DNA of 30,283 bases from Azolla caroliniana (GCA_043228905.1 JBHGNT010000377.1:1-30283); one strand, 5' to 3'. Counted from the stretch's first letter, positions 13,434-29,914 are shown. The notes: generated by a model not told the origin, from the sequence alone. Program-made: numbers and translations.

Positions 13434-13676
13434 CATTTTGTGACTTCCTTTCACTTTCACACCTCTTCTTCGTCTTCTACTTTGTCTGTGTTTGTGTCTG
13501 AGCTCCCCAGATTTCCTGGCTATGGAGATGAGCCTTCTCTCCTCTCTGCAAATCTGAGAGCTCCCCTCACATTCTGCACCTTTGTTCTCCCTCCCTCCCT
13601 CCCTCCCTCTCTCTTTACGCTTTTGGTTTTTGCAGAGTTCATTCCACTCAGGGATCTCCAGTCGTTACGCTTCTGA

Positions 13677-18413
<4,737 letters not shown>

Positions 18414-19288
18414 TCTTTTGGCATCTGTTTGTCTGTATTATATACTATTGTGAAACCCACCATAAGATTGTATCCCCCCGGACTTGGAACAAACTGATGT
18501 GGATTTTTTTTTCATGTTTTTATTGTGTGACATGAATTTCGTAGTGATCCTACCAGGGATTGAAGGATTGGTTCCTAACAGAGGAAATGGTTGGTCTCCT
18601 GAGTGGGACTAGAGATCTCTGCTGGCCATCAATCGCTATGAAGACAGACAGAGACACCTAAAGATCAGCATCACAAAGAATGTAGTGATGAACTCTGCCA
18701 TATACTTCTTTTCATTGTTTTTTTGTTATTTGCTTTACTTCTAATGACATCATACTTTGATTAAGAGGACTCATTACTCCTTTGGAAATCTTCAGCATCA
18801 ACAATCTATATAATGATGAGCCTTCCATGTACTTCATTAGATTATTATTATAATTTCTTTTGCCTGCTAATTATTTCAATTCTTTCTGCATATATTATAG
18901 ATGGGGTTTTTTATTTCAGATCAGAACAGGTTGATTCTTATGTAGCAAATTTGCATTGTCTAGTGTATGTTCCATTCGTATATGTGATTGATATGTTCTC
19001 CTAAGCTTATCATGGAATGTTCTATGAATGTTTCATATTTAGTGTGTTTTCCAACAAACACAACTTAGATTAGGAGCCCTGCTATTACACCCTATAGCTA
19101 CAGGGGTTCTCAAACAATGAACAAAATTTTGTTACGAACAATCAAGTTAGTGACAATTGGACAACTACTTTTGACATCAACTAATATCTGTATTAACAGT
19201 CATTTTTGTTAGCTCTGAATCATGCATGCTTTAATTGAAGTGAATATGCTAAAGTGATTGTGTACACAAGAAATTCTGTTGATTGTGG

Positions 19289-19600
19289 AACATAGAGATG
19301 GAGATTAATTTCACCTCACTTGAGAGTTGGAGAGATTTTTTTGGTGAGTAATTAAAAGTATCCATTGATTGCAGAACATAGACATTGAGATTTCTTGATT
19401 TGAAGTCAACGTGCATGAAAGTGATGGTGTTTGTGATTCGTTAGACAATAATATAAGAGCAAATTTCAATGAGTAATTAAAATTGTCCTCATTGCACAAC
19501 ATAGATATTGCGATTAAATTCACCTCACAATAATTTAAGAGGAATCTTCAGTGTGATATTTAAAGTGTCCATTGACTGCATAGACCTTAAGATTAAATTA
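19289..19600. repeat. Degenerate direct repeat, period about 209 bp
   Basis: AACATAGA...GATTAA.TTCACCTCAC at 19289 and 19498; AAAGT.TCCATTGA.TGCA and GAGTAATTAAAA also recur. Confidence 0.7.
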
Positions 19601-20072
19601 CCTGCCTATCAATTGGAGCTAAGAAGAAAAGTAACAACTTCAGCACTTTTACCAACTATTGTTATTGCACTAGACAATATAACTATGCTTAATAAAAGAG
19701 CAAAACTAATGGGAGACTACACAACTTTTTACCTAAAAAGAAATGTAAAGCGAAATCTTGCATGCAACTTGCTTTGGAGGAAAAGGGAGATAGATGTTTG
19801 GCCTACACATGATAATTTCAACAACATATATGCGAAATGACTACATATATCCACCATCTCCTCACTTCAATAAAGGAGAAACTCCAAAGATTACATCCAA
19901 TTAAATACTATGTTGAATGTGGATACTTCCAAGAATAAAAAATTTATGTAAATTCCAAATGGCTATGGCAAATGGTGCTCAAATGAATTGTTTCTTGAAA
20001 TGATCGAGATTAATGCATGTCTGTTTATCATTATAAATCTGATAAAACCCAAGAATCACTGATGGTCGAGGT

Positions 20073-22250
20073 CTATATAAACTCATTGTGGTGTTTGTCT
20101 TGGTAGTATGTACTTGAATGAAACAAGAGATGGTATGTATGCAAGAGCATGAAGATGACTTTTATGGTGGAAGTGCACATTTTGGAGGTTATAAAATTAG
20201 CTATCCATAACATGATATTTTTGAAGGGTGCTAATGATTCTACGAGAAGAATTGTCACATATGTGTGCCCATAATGATCCAAATGGGCCTTGGATGGTGG
20301 TGCGTTGTAGTCTTGAAGTAGAAATTTATAAGTTTGTGGTCATGTATGCATACACAACTTAATTCTATGTAGTGATCAAACATGGCTTAATTTTGGGCAT
20401 ATGCTTGGTTGCATGATGCATTTTCATATAGAGGATCCAAAAACACCCTTCTATTGATGGTAATAGTTTTGGTGACTCGCATGGGCTTGCAAGAGAGAAA
20501 ATATTGATAGAAGGTTGTCGTGATTACTTACTTGACTTGAACTTATAGATTGATGTAAAACGTTACACGCGTGGATATACTTTTTCCCGTTGTCATATCT
20601 ACAACCCTTGATCAAATATGAAGTCTTTATCTATTTTTTTATTAATGGCTTGTTGAAACTAATTTGGCACCAGATGTGTTACGAACATGCTTGGAATCAA
20701 AGTGGATTTTTAAAAGTTGTTCTCGTATTTTCCCAACTAGCAATGGATAATCATAAAACCTTCCCCTAACATGTTTGACATCTCATGCAATGTCTAATAT
20801 CATACTTGCCAATCAAAGCCTTCAAAATTCTCAAAGTCTTTATAGATGTTTTTTTTTTTGTTTCCAAAATGAAGCTACTTTCCCATTAGTTAGGTAGGAT
20901 TATTACAAAGAGACTGTACAAGGAGGCTTAAACATAGATCGGGGAATCTCCCTCCGATCAAGTTCAAGAAATTGAGACTAGTTACATCACCTTTCGGACA
21001 TACTACTTAGTGTAAGTACCTACAGCTAAAACAGTGCCCTATAGTGATGGCTAGTACGAGACAACTCTTGGGGTCGACAACAAAGGGAGGGTGGTAAGTG
21101 AGCCAGAAACAACCAGCGTGGGGGCTGGTAGTTCCACCTCGGGCCACTTCCTCCTTGTGTCATCATAGGCATGTTCTGCCATTTCTACCAAAACCGCAAG
21201 AGGGCAGTACCCACGTCAGAGGAACGGCTGCAAACCTCGTCCAATTGCCCTCGTAGGCAGCTAATAAGCGCAAACCATATGTCCATGATCACTTCCTCCG
21301 GGGGCTGCACCAGATCCTGGAAGACCTTTAGACAACGTGCTTTCCATACATACCACAGGGTGAAGCCTGTGATTAGCATCCAAATGTCCGGGAACCTAGG
21401 GGATGCAGACTGCAATCCTCTCTCAAATCGAATCTTGGCGATTTTTCCCCTCATGCATACATAACACCAACTATCCGCATTGAAGGCGTCCGTCCACCTA
21501 TCAACAGAGTGATCAAGCCATGCCGCAACACTCCACGATGTTGCCCAATGTACGCCAACCATTGCATAAGGGGCCGTCTAGCTGCAGTTGAAAAGCCCGA
21601 CCCAGTTTAGTGTTGTACTCGAAGAAATGGCGAAATCTACCATCATGGTTCCACCTGAAATCCCCTTGGTCCCATTCTAATTCGACGAGGGGATGACAAC
21701 CATATACCCATAACTTCCAATGGGGTTCCACCTTAGCAACATCCGAGTCTGTCTTCCAGATGTTACCAACCTGTGCCACCACGCGGATAGGGTGCGAAGA
21801 GCCCCTACTTTGACTCTCCCCAAAAATCCTATCTTTTCCCGATCCACTCACGCCCTTTAGTGCCTTAACCCTTCCAGCCTCATCAAAGAGACCAAACCAA
21901 GCATCTTCTCTCACCTCCCCCATCAGAACCCTATCAACTGCCTCAACTAGCAATCTCCGCATTTTCATGGCTCCCTTGAGGGGAGGCTCCTCCAATCATT
22001 TATAGATGTTTTTATATATTGGTTCTACGTTGTGCTACAAGGACACATGAGAAGAAGCCTCTTGAAATGGACGTCATCGAAGGATTTCATTCACTCTCAC
22101 GGTTCACCACATTAAATTATTGCAATTCCCTTCTTAGAATTTTTCCATGTGGACAATGAAGAATACATCTCTTCACTTGTCTTGTTTACGACTATCAACG
22201 TTTTTTGAGTGAGAGTAAATTAAATAGATATAAGTGAGCAATTACATTCC
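20073..22250 (-). mobile_element. Possible highly decayed hAT-family transposase relic, interrupted by the LINE
   Basis: Minus-strand fragments in hAT order: VEPIY (about 22030), FLDPLY (about 20430), then DHYG...IANFITSKMCTST...KHHNEF (ORF 20073..20282), resembling the hAT dimerisation motif WW..YG...LA..ILS..CSSS...K.RN.L. Many stops and frameshifts; weak. Confidence 0.33.
20839..22013 (-). mobile_element. 5'-truncated L1-type LINE (3' part of ORF2, 3' UTR, poly(A)) with 15-bp TSD
   Basis: TTTATAGATGTTTTT at 20839-20853 and 21999-22013; T11 tract at 20849-20859 equals the minus-strand poly(A); abrupt GC rise inside. ORFs 21513..21995 and 21185..21562 carry LWYVWKARC..F, like the W.IWK.RN...F motif of plant L1 ORF2 C-termini. 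Frameshifted, with a stop. Confidence 0.88.
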
Positions 22251-22747
22251 AATCATGGTCATTTGCATTGAGTAAGCCCATTCCTGAAGTTGGTCATGAA
22301 CAAACATGATAACATAAACAATAATGTAATTCATGGTCATGGCCAATGGAAATAGTAAGTTACATATGTGATGAATGCATGTTCACAGGATTGTCATTGA
22401 GATTCTCGCAAATACAAGGAACTAGGCTATAAAAGAAAACTAAGAAGAAACTCCAAAACACTAGTGAGTGTTTCTCAAATGCCCTCAAGACTTTGTCATT
22501 TATGCTTGTAGATGGTGTCGATCAACGGCTAGAAGAAAGAGGAAAGGAAAGAATCGAGAACATAGGATTGGTCAAGGAGTGGAATAGCATATAAATTGCT
22601 CAAGTGAGGAGGGCTTTTGAGGAAGAGCAAGAGCATGGGCATCAATGATAAGGGGGATCATGAGACCCCAGGGGCATTTAAGGAAATGAAGAAAACGGAG
22701 AACCCCATGAGGGGTAGCTTCGAATTTGCTCAAAACACAAACCTCTC

Positions 22748-22759
22748 TTTCCCGCCAAA
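22748..22759 (+). promoter_or_regulatory. Canonical E2F binding site upstream of PSF2
   Basis: TTTCCCGCCAAA, starting 58 bp before the PSF2 ATG. TTTCCCGC is the established plant E2F/DP element of DNA replication genes. Confidence 0.8.
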
Positions 22760-22805
22760 AAACAGCGCGAGCGAGCGAGAGAACACAGAACAATCTCAGA
22801 CGTAG

Positions 22806-25800
22806 ATGGCTGGGCAGACGAATCCTCAGCTGTCTCTGTTCTCTGCACCAGAGGTATTTTCTTCTTTGCAGGATGTCCTTCCCTCTTCATTTTGAAAGTC
22901 TATCTCGTGGCTGTAAAGCTTTGGTTCGAATATATACATGTATTGCAGGTGGAATTCATGGCAGAAGATGAGCTTATCTACATCATCCCCAACGTCAGGA
23001 TGGATACTCTGCATATGATCTGTGTAAGTGTTCTCTGTATATCATTTAAGTTTATTGTTTGTTTCTGTATTGTGAAAGACTGTTTTGCCATTGTAGCGTG
23101 CTATTTTCTCTGTATCGTTTTACGCATCAATTATTGATCAAAAAAATGTATGTTAACTCAATTGTGGTCTTTAAGAACTGCTCTATAGAAATCTGATTTT
23201 TATTGTGATTGTTACGAATTGATTGGTTTAATTGTGTTTGTTAAGAATAATTTGATTTTTAAAATCTGCATGGTTATTTGATAATAGTGATGGAATTGAG
23301 TTCTGCGGATTTGGGACACATTCAATCATCAGTCATCATGCCTTTGTTTATCAAGATAACTCGTGTTTGAACTGCATTGGTGAATTCACTGTAATCTAAG
23401 CTAGCATATTCTATTCTCAGGGGGACTTTGGTCCATTCCGACCCCAGATCCCTGTACAAGTGCCTGTGTGGTTGGCCATTGCTTTCAAGAAGCGCAGCAA
23501 ATGCAGGATTCAAACACCAGATTGGATGAGTGTCGGTAAGAATTTTTGCTGAAATCTATCATCCATGTCATAAAATTGCTATAGTAATGCACTATGTAAT
23601 CTATATATGCAGACGAACTTCTGCAGTAGATTTGAGCTTTGTAAGTTATTGTGTGCACTATTGTGCAGAAAATCTGTTACATGTGATTAATTATTTGTTC
23701 TTTTTTTTGAGCTTTGTAAGTTATTCTGCTGGACATTGGAGTAGAATATAGCAAGAGAAAGGTTATACTAATATCTCTTGGGATGATAGAATGAAAAAAT
23801 CCTGGTACTTCGGGATTATGTCACATACATTAATGTTTCATAACACCTGAGGTAGATACTGCTAATTATTGCATAAAAAATAGATGCACAGACAAGTAGT
23901 AAACACAGAAAAACAACGGAGAAGGCGGAGTATATTATTAGCAATCATTGTTGTCTACCAATGGGTTTCGTTGATAGCTGTCACCATCAATGGTGGTCCT
24001 ATCACCAAAACCCAGGGGTAGACAATAACCATCGAAGTGCAATCAGGACAAAGGAATAGTCCAAAGAGAGTTCTAGCTCATGTGCTCTGAAGCATATGAA
24101 TGGACATACAAATCGGTGGCTTCAAGTTAAGAACCAATCTTTGAATACTCTCTAAGATTCACTCATGAAGATGTCACGGTGACCTATAAACCACCCAAGA
24201 ATGAATTTCTTGTATGGTTTAACTAATGCAATAGTGGCTCTAGTGATTATACATTGGCGATAGCCAATCTATAATTCCATGCTATGTCAGAGAATCATCC
24301 ATTGATCTTTGTGCTCAGGCACCTGTTTGTGAAGTCTGCATGGAATTTATGCCAAAGTATGCCCCTAGATTTTTGTGGTGATCTCTGTATAGAGTTGATG
24401 TGACCCCTATAACAAAGGTTTTTTTTCTCCTTTGTTATAGGGGATTATGTCAAGTCTAAACGTTGACCACCTCGATCCACAATTAGGCCTCGGTTATAAT
24501 ACTGGAATGGCAAACTTGAGGTGTTACATGTATCCCTTCAGATGCACTAACTTGACTAAGGCACTAGTAAGCCTAATGTGGTTAGTGAAGATGTGTCTGT
24601 TTTGTCATAGCCATTTATTCAGATAAAATCACCTCATAACTTTCCTTAGCACCATAACTAAAGTTCTTTATGTTTGTGCACTCACCACACCAGTCCATCA
24701 TTATTGGGTTAAGACTTGGATCAGTTTGAAGAGGAGCTCACTGGCATTAAAGTAGATTGTCTTCCCGAGGCCTGTTAAATCTAGTTCAAATAGCTCACGA
24801 GCAAGTTCATGCAGCCAAAGCAAAGTACATGAAAACACGGAAGAAATGGATCACGTATCACTGACGAGATCACATTGAATATCAATGAAGAAGGCATCAT
24901 TTTTAAGGTGATCAAGTAGGTGACCTCCTGATGGGGCTGAAGGTTAGAATGAGAAAGAAGTTATCTCCGAAAAAGAAAAAGATGAATGCTTCAAAAGTGA
25001 CAAGGGACTTTGTAAGGCTCTTCTTCTCATGTTTGAAGAAATCTATGATCTATCTAAACCCAAGCATCATTGTCTTCTTCAAGTTTATCAACAATCAAGT
25101 TATTATTACACTAGATGTACTTGCAATCATTTGCTTCTTACAAGAAACACCATATAATGTATCATATAAAACTCTGTTAATCAAGACTACAAGGAAATCC
25201 TTTATCCTTATTTTCTGACTCAAGATGTTTTTTGCCTATTGTTTTTTTCTAGGAAATCTTATAGTGGATGTGGGGGACAGACCCCTGTATTTTTGTTCTT
25301 TCTTATTTCTCACTTCTGTTTTGTGAAGAAGATTGCGTCACATTTTATACATGTTTTATTTTTGCAGAAAAACTCACCCAAATTTTAGAAGATGAACGAG
25401 AGGCACCAAGAGAATTCCAACCTCTTCCTTTCCATTATGTGGAAATTTCTAGACTACTATTTGATCAGTGAGTACCATCCATAGGCCAAAAAACATAGCA
25501 ATATCTGCATTTTTATGAAACTACAAATCCTAAGCTAGTGAATTCCTTCAAATCTAACAGTGCTCGTGAAGATATCTCAGATCCATATCTTGTAAGCTTA
25601 TTTCATAATTCACATTTTGGCAAGATACATGTTTCACATTATTCAAATAGTAGTAAATCATATTATGTCGAGCCTGAATTCTATTACAATGTTGTAGGTG
25701 AGATCTTTGCTAGAAGATATCCGGGATGTGAGGTTTCATAAAGTAGAGAGTGGACTAGAAACTCTCTCAGGAAAAACACATGCTGTAAAGGTATACAATG

Positions 25801-26232
25801 CTTATTGGTTAACTAATTATTGTGATTACAGCATGAAAAGCTTCTTGATTAGATATGAATAACTTTGATCACAACTCAAAAATCTTTTGATTAGATACGA
25901 ACTACTTTGATTACAGCTAAAAAATCTTGCAGCAATGGAGGTTAACATTGTGCGGCCTTTCATTGTGAGGGCTTTGCAATGTTTCTATAAACATGATAGT
26001 GATGATTTAATCAAGCAAACTGCAAATGAAGCAGACTCTCAAGCTGTTGCATCTGATCGTCTACCTCGGGTAAGTAAATAATTACGCTTCTTGGAAAATG
26101 CCGACTATTGCTACCGTTATTGAATGTTGAATCTCATGTCAATAAACATTATTATTTTTCGAAAATTTGAGGTCTTAAATCCCATTTCAATCAATATGTT
26201 CTTCATTGCAGAGGATTCTTCGGCCTCGATGA
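22806..26232 (+). CDS. PSF2: DNA replication GINS complex subunit PSF2 (GINS2), 211 aa, 8 exons
   Basis: Exons 22806-22853, 22949-23023, 23421-23535, 25368-25467, 25561-25591, 25698-25790, 25917-26069, 26212-26232. All GT-AG, total 636 nt. Motifs [81 protein letters not shown]. Confidence 0.97.
24390..24458. repeat. Inverted repeat (hairpin) in PSF2 intron 3
   Basis: Perfect 15-bp arms CCCCTATAACAAAGG (24404-24418) and CCTTTGTTATAGGGG (24429-24443) with a 10-nt loop; extends about 14 bp further with G-U pairs. Confidence 0.85.
25823..25928 (+). repeat. 42-bp tandem duplication spanning the PSF2 intron 6/exon 7 acceptor
   Basis: TGATTAGATATGAATAACTTTGATCACAACTCAAAAATCTT (from 25846) versus TGATTAGATACGAACTACTTTGATTACAG|CTAAAAAATCTT (from 25888), plus a partial TGATTACAGC at 25823. 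Confidence 0.85.
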
Positions 26233-27541
26233 TGCTGCTGAAAGACAAGCATTCGTAATTTCAAATTGAATTGATTTTCAAAATGCAAATGTTGACTGCC
26301 AAATGAAGGCATGACTCATACGCACCAAGATCAAATGCTGTTATACTACACTTTATTTTCATTTTCTATATGGAAGTATAGCAGATGATCATCCTGTGCA
26401 GGATATAATCTATGGTGTTTCTTATGTTGCCACTTCAGAGGTTGAAACTAAAACTCTATGGTAAATAACCCATAAAAGGTGTTATTGTGGGTTCCTTATC
26501 TTGAAAGCCTGTCGTCTATAGTGTGTAGGATGAGGCATTACAGTTGCAACTAAAATATCAACTTGATTACAGAATGAACGAAGTGTTCAAAAAGTATTTT
26601 GAGCCGCGGTTCAATGTCATTTCTTCCATACTCTGAAAATTGTGGGTTTCATTCTATATCTTTTTTATAAAGTTTCATATTTTATGATAAATGATTGTAG
26701 TTTTCTTATTTTTAATTATGAAGACCTAATATCATTTGTCTCTCTTGTCATTGTCTGTAGATTATTGCTAATATATCTTATCTCTCGGATATGTTTCTAA
26801 ATTTAATTCATTGCAACATTTGCAAACAAGCAGCAGTGCATCACATCATAGTTATGTCATGTTTTCAACTGGAAACCATGGTTGGTCTGGCATTTTCATA
26901 TTTTATTTTCATTATATGTGATATAAAATAATTCATTATGCTTGAGTCACTTTCAAATGAATCTCTTGATTTTGATCTTTTACACGTATTCACTATTATT
27001 TTTGAACAATACTAGCTGCTTTAATTTTGAATTATCTGAACACTATTTCTTGAAAGCTATTTGCAGTAATGAAAAAGGTTGAAGACTTTGTTATGCATGT
27101 AATTCCTGAAGGGTAATGCATCAGTGCTGTCAAAATATGTATTTCCAAGTTGGATATTGAGGTGCCAAAGTGGTACTCCTGAATATTTCTGTGATATTCA
27201 GCAATCAAATGAAAGGAAAGGTAGACAATACAATATACATTTCTATAATATAGCCTAATTGATGCATATGAACTTCTAAACCCTTTGTGGATTGTGGTCT
27301 GTAAAAATCACATCAATTCATTTATTTCACGGTTTTTCAAGGGGTACAATAACAGTCTTTTATGGATACGCTTTTACCATGATGGATAGTTCATGCATGA
27401 AACAAGATCAAGTTCATAGCTTTCTTTTAAAGACCCAAATTATTCTATTATTTGGCTGGCAGATATGTTGTCCATCTAGTTAAAGAAAAAATACCCCAAG
27501 GAATCAATCAGTCAGACTAATCTCAATCTCAATACGCAGCT

Positions 27542-27761
27542 TTTGTTTGTGAAACATCATGCTTTCCGTACCCTGGTTATCATCATTTGCGATCCCAAAT
27601 CTAGGGTTAATTGATATATAAAGGGCTGCCTACCCTGTTGTGCACTTCCTGTCATTTTCTTTGTTTGTGAAACATCATGCTTTCAGTGCCCTGGTTATCA
27701 TTATTTGCGATCCCAAATCTAAGGTTAATTGATATATAAAGGGCTACTTCCTGCCATTTTC
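27542..27761. repeat. About 118-bp tandem duplication just downstream of the PPR stop
   Basis: Units start TTTGTTTGTGAAACATCATGCTTTC at 27542 and 27660, are nearly identical, and the second lacks about 16 bp (GCCTACCCTGTTGTGC). Confidence 0.93.
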
Positions 27762-27937
27762 TGCATTTAGAGCCACCTAAATCACTTGTAGCAAGGACAT
27801 ACAAACTCTCTTTTGAATGCACCATCAATTCCTGATGTACCAGCATGTTTCCTTTTTTCCCCATGTCATCAAGGAGGAACTAATATCCAGCTATTTCCTC
27901 TATGCTCTGTTCATCATCCTTAGAAATATATGGCACA

Positions 27938-29914
27938 CTAGAATGCCAAAAGCTGACTTGCCGCATATATATTGCTCATACCAATAAATGCAGCAGCATT
28001 ATTTTTGTCTAGATGCACTGACTGCTCAAATGTCCATCTCCCAAGCTCTACATTTACCCATTTTTGGCATGCCCCCAAAAACGGCAACAATAACTTGAGT
28101 CGATCCGAAGGTGCCACTTTCTCAATCAATTTTAGTGCCTTATCAAAGTGCCCTGCTTGGCTGAAAAGGTGAACCATGCAAATGTAGTGTTCTAGAGTTG
28201 GATTTAGGCAATAAATGTTGGTCATTACATCAAAATACGTTTGCCCATCTTGAATCAACCCCGCATGACTACATGCAGTTAGAAGAACTGCAAATGTAAC
28301 TGCATCTGGCATTAAACCTTCTGATTTCATTTTGTTGAATGCGATGAAAGCCTTTTTTGCTTCACAGAGTTGAGCATATCCAGAAAGGAGTACATTCCAA
28401 GAGATAACATCATAAAAAGGAAGATGATCAAACACTCTGTATGCTTTTTCAAGCATTCCAAACTTGGCATACATGTCCACCAGTGCATTGCCAAGCACAA
28501 TATTGTCCTTCAATAACCCTTTATTGTGCACCTCACCATGTATTTCCTCTCCCTTGCCTACTGATCCAATGCTTCCACAGGCTTTCAGAACACAAGCATA
28601 TGTGACCACGTCTGGCATGATGCCCTCATCTTGCATCTTTGCATAGCATCTCAAAGCTTCTTCACTGAGACCATGAATGGTATAGCCAGATATCAACGCA
28701 GTCCAAGAGATGACATCTTTTACGGAAAGCCCATCAAACACTTCTTGTGCTTTTTTAATTGCACCACACTTAGTATACATGTCCACAAGTGCATTGCCGA
28801 GTGAAGCATTGTTTTCTAATAGACCATCTTTCTTCTTGATCTCAACATGTATCTCTTCTCCCTTCTCAAGTGATCCTATGCTAATACAAGCACTCAAAGC
28901 ACACAAAAAGGTTACTACATTTGGAGGAAACCCTTCATCTTGCATCAATGCAAAGCAACTGAGTGCTTCATCACCAAGCCTATGTTGGGCATATCCAGAA
29001 AGCAATGCATTCCAAGTGATGACATTCCTTACCGGAAGCTCATCAAAAACTTCTCGTGCTTTTTCAAGTACACCACATTTCACATACATGCCAACAATTG
29101 CATTTCCTAGGACAACATTGTCAGAAAGTAACCCTTTGCTTGCAACTTCGGCATGTATCTTTTCCCCCTTCTCAGTCAATCCGAGACTACCACAAGCATT
29201 CAAAACACATGCAAATGTGATGGAGTCGGGGGATGTTCCCTCAACTTGCATCTGTGCAAAGCAATCCAAAGCTTTCTCACCAAACCCATGATTTGCATAT
29301 CCATTAATCAAAGCATTCCAAGAGGCAACATCTCTAATCAAAATCTCATTGAACACTTCCTGTGCCTTTTTTATCATACCACATTTGGCATACATATCAA
29401 CTAACGCATTACCCAGTACAGTGTTGTGTGATAACAGCCCTTGTTTTCTGACCCTGGCATGCATATCTTCTCCTTTCACAACTGATTTGATGCTTCCACA
29501 AGCTTTGAACATGCAAGTAAAGGTGACAACATCTGGCGGATGACCTTCTTCTTGCATAGACCTAAACCATTTCAAAGCTTCATTTCCATATCCTTGTTGG
29601 GCATATCCAGAAATCAATGCATTCCAACAAACAACATTTCTTACCAGAATCTCATCAAACACCTGTTGAGACTCTTTGAGAGAACCACACTTAGAGTACA
29701 TGCTAATGAGGGCAGTGTGAATATACATGTCTTTGTGAAACAAACCTCTGTGGAGTATATGAGAGTGTATCCGTCTGCCCCGGTGTAGATCTTTGTGTTT
29801 GCCACATTTCTTTATACAGTGAAGGAGAGAAATACGATCGTAGGGGTCCTTTGTATTACTTCCTGATCCCACAATGAGCTCGCCATAGCTCGCCATAGCC
29901 GTGAGCTTCTCCAT
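27938..29914 (-). CDS. PLS-class pentatricopeptide repeat protein with E1 and truncated E2, no DYW (organellar RNA-editing factor type), about 658 aa
   Basis: Intronless ORF; first in-frame ATG at 29914. About 17 P/L/S motifs (WNALISGYAQ, TF.C.LKACGS, GNALVDMYAKCG), P2-L2-S2 (LLTACSHAGL, EHY.CMV.LF..AG), E1 (LGACQKWVNVELGRW) and partial E2 (MSNIYAA) followed by a stop. Confidence 0.95.
   Translation of the reverse strand: MEKLTAMASYGELIVGSGSNTKDPYDRISLLHCIKKCGKHKDLHRGRRIHSHILHRGLFHKDMYIHTALISMYSKCGSLKESQQVFDEILVRNVVCWNALISGYAQQGYGNEALKWFRSMQEEGHPPDVVTFTCMFKACGSIKSVVKGEDMHARVRKQGLLSHNTVLGNALVDMYAKCGMIKKAQEVFNEILIRDVASWNALINGYANHGFGEKALDCFAQMQVEGTSPDSITFACVLNACGSLGLTEKGEKIHAEVASKGLLSDNVVLGNAIVGMYVKCGVLEKAREVFDELPVRNVITWNALLSGYAQHRLGDEALSCFALMQDEGFPPNVVTFLCALSACISIGSLEKGEEIHVEIKKKDGLLENNASLGNALVDMYTKCGAIKKAQEVFDGLSVKDVISWTALISGYTIHGLSEEALRCYAKMQDEGIMPDVVTYACVLKACGSIGSVGKGEEIHGEVHNKGLLKDNIVLGNALVDMYAKFGMLEKAYRVFDHLPFYDVISWNVLLSGYAQLCEAKKAFIAFNKMKSEGLMPDAVTFAVLLTACSHAGLIQDGQTYFDVMTNIYCLNPTLEHYICMVHLFSQAGHFDKALKLIEKVAPSDRLKLLLPFLGACQKWVNVELGRWTFEQSVHLDKNNAAAFIGMSNIYAASQLLAF

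Noticed and set aside
27652-27864. 70-aa ORF downstream of the PPR as a detached E+/DYW domain
   Set aside because: No PG box, HSE, CxxCH or DYW-like terminus; it overlaps the tandem duplication.
28464-29788. Plus-strand ORFs up to 193 aa antisense to the PPR gene
   Set aside because: Shadow ORFs of the repetitive PPR codon pattern.
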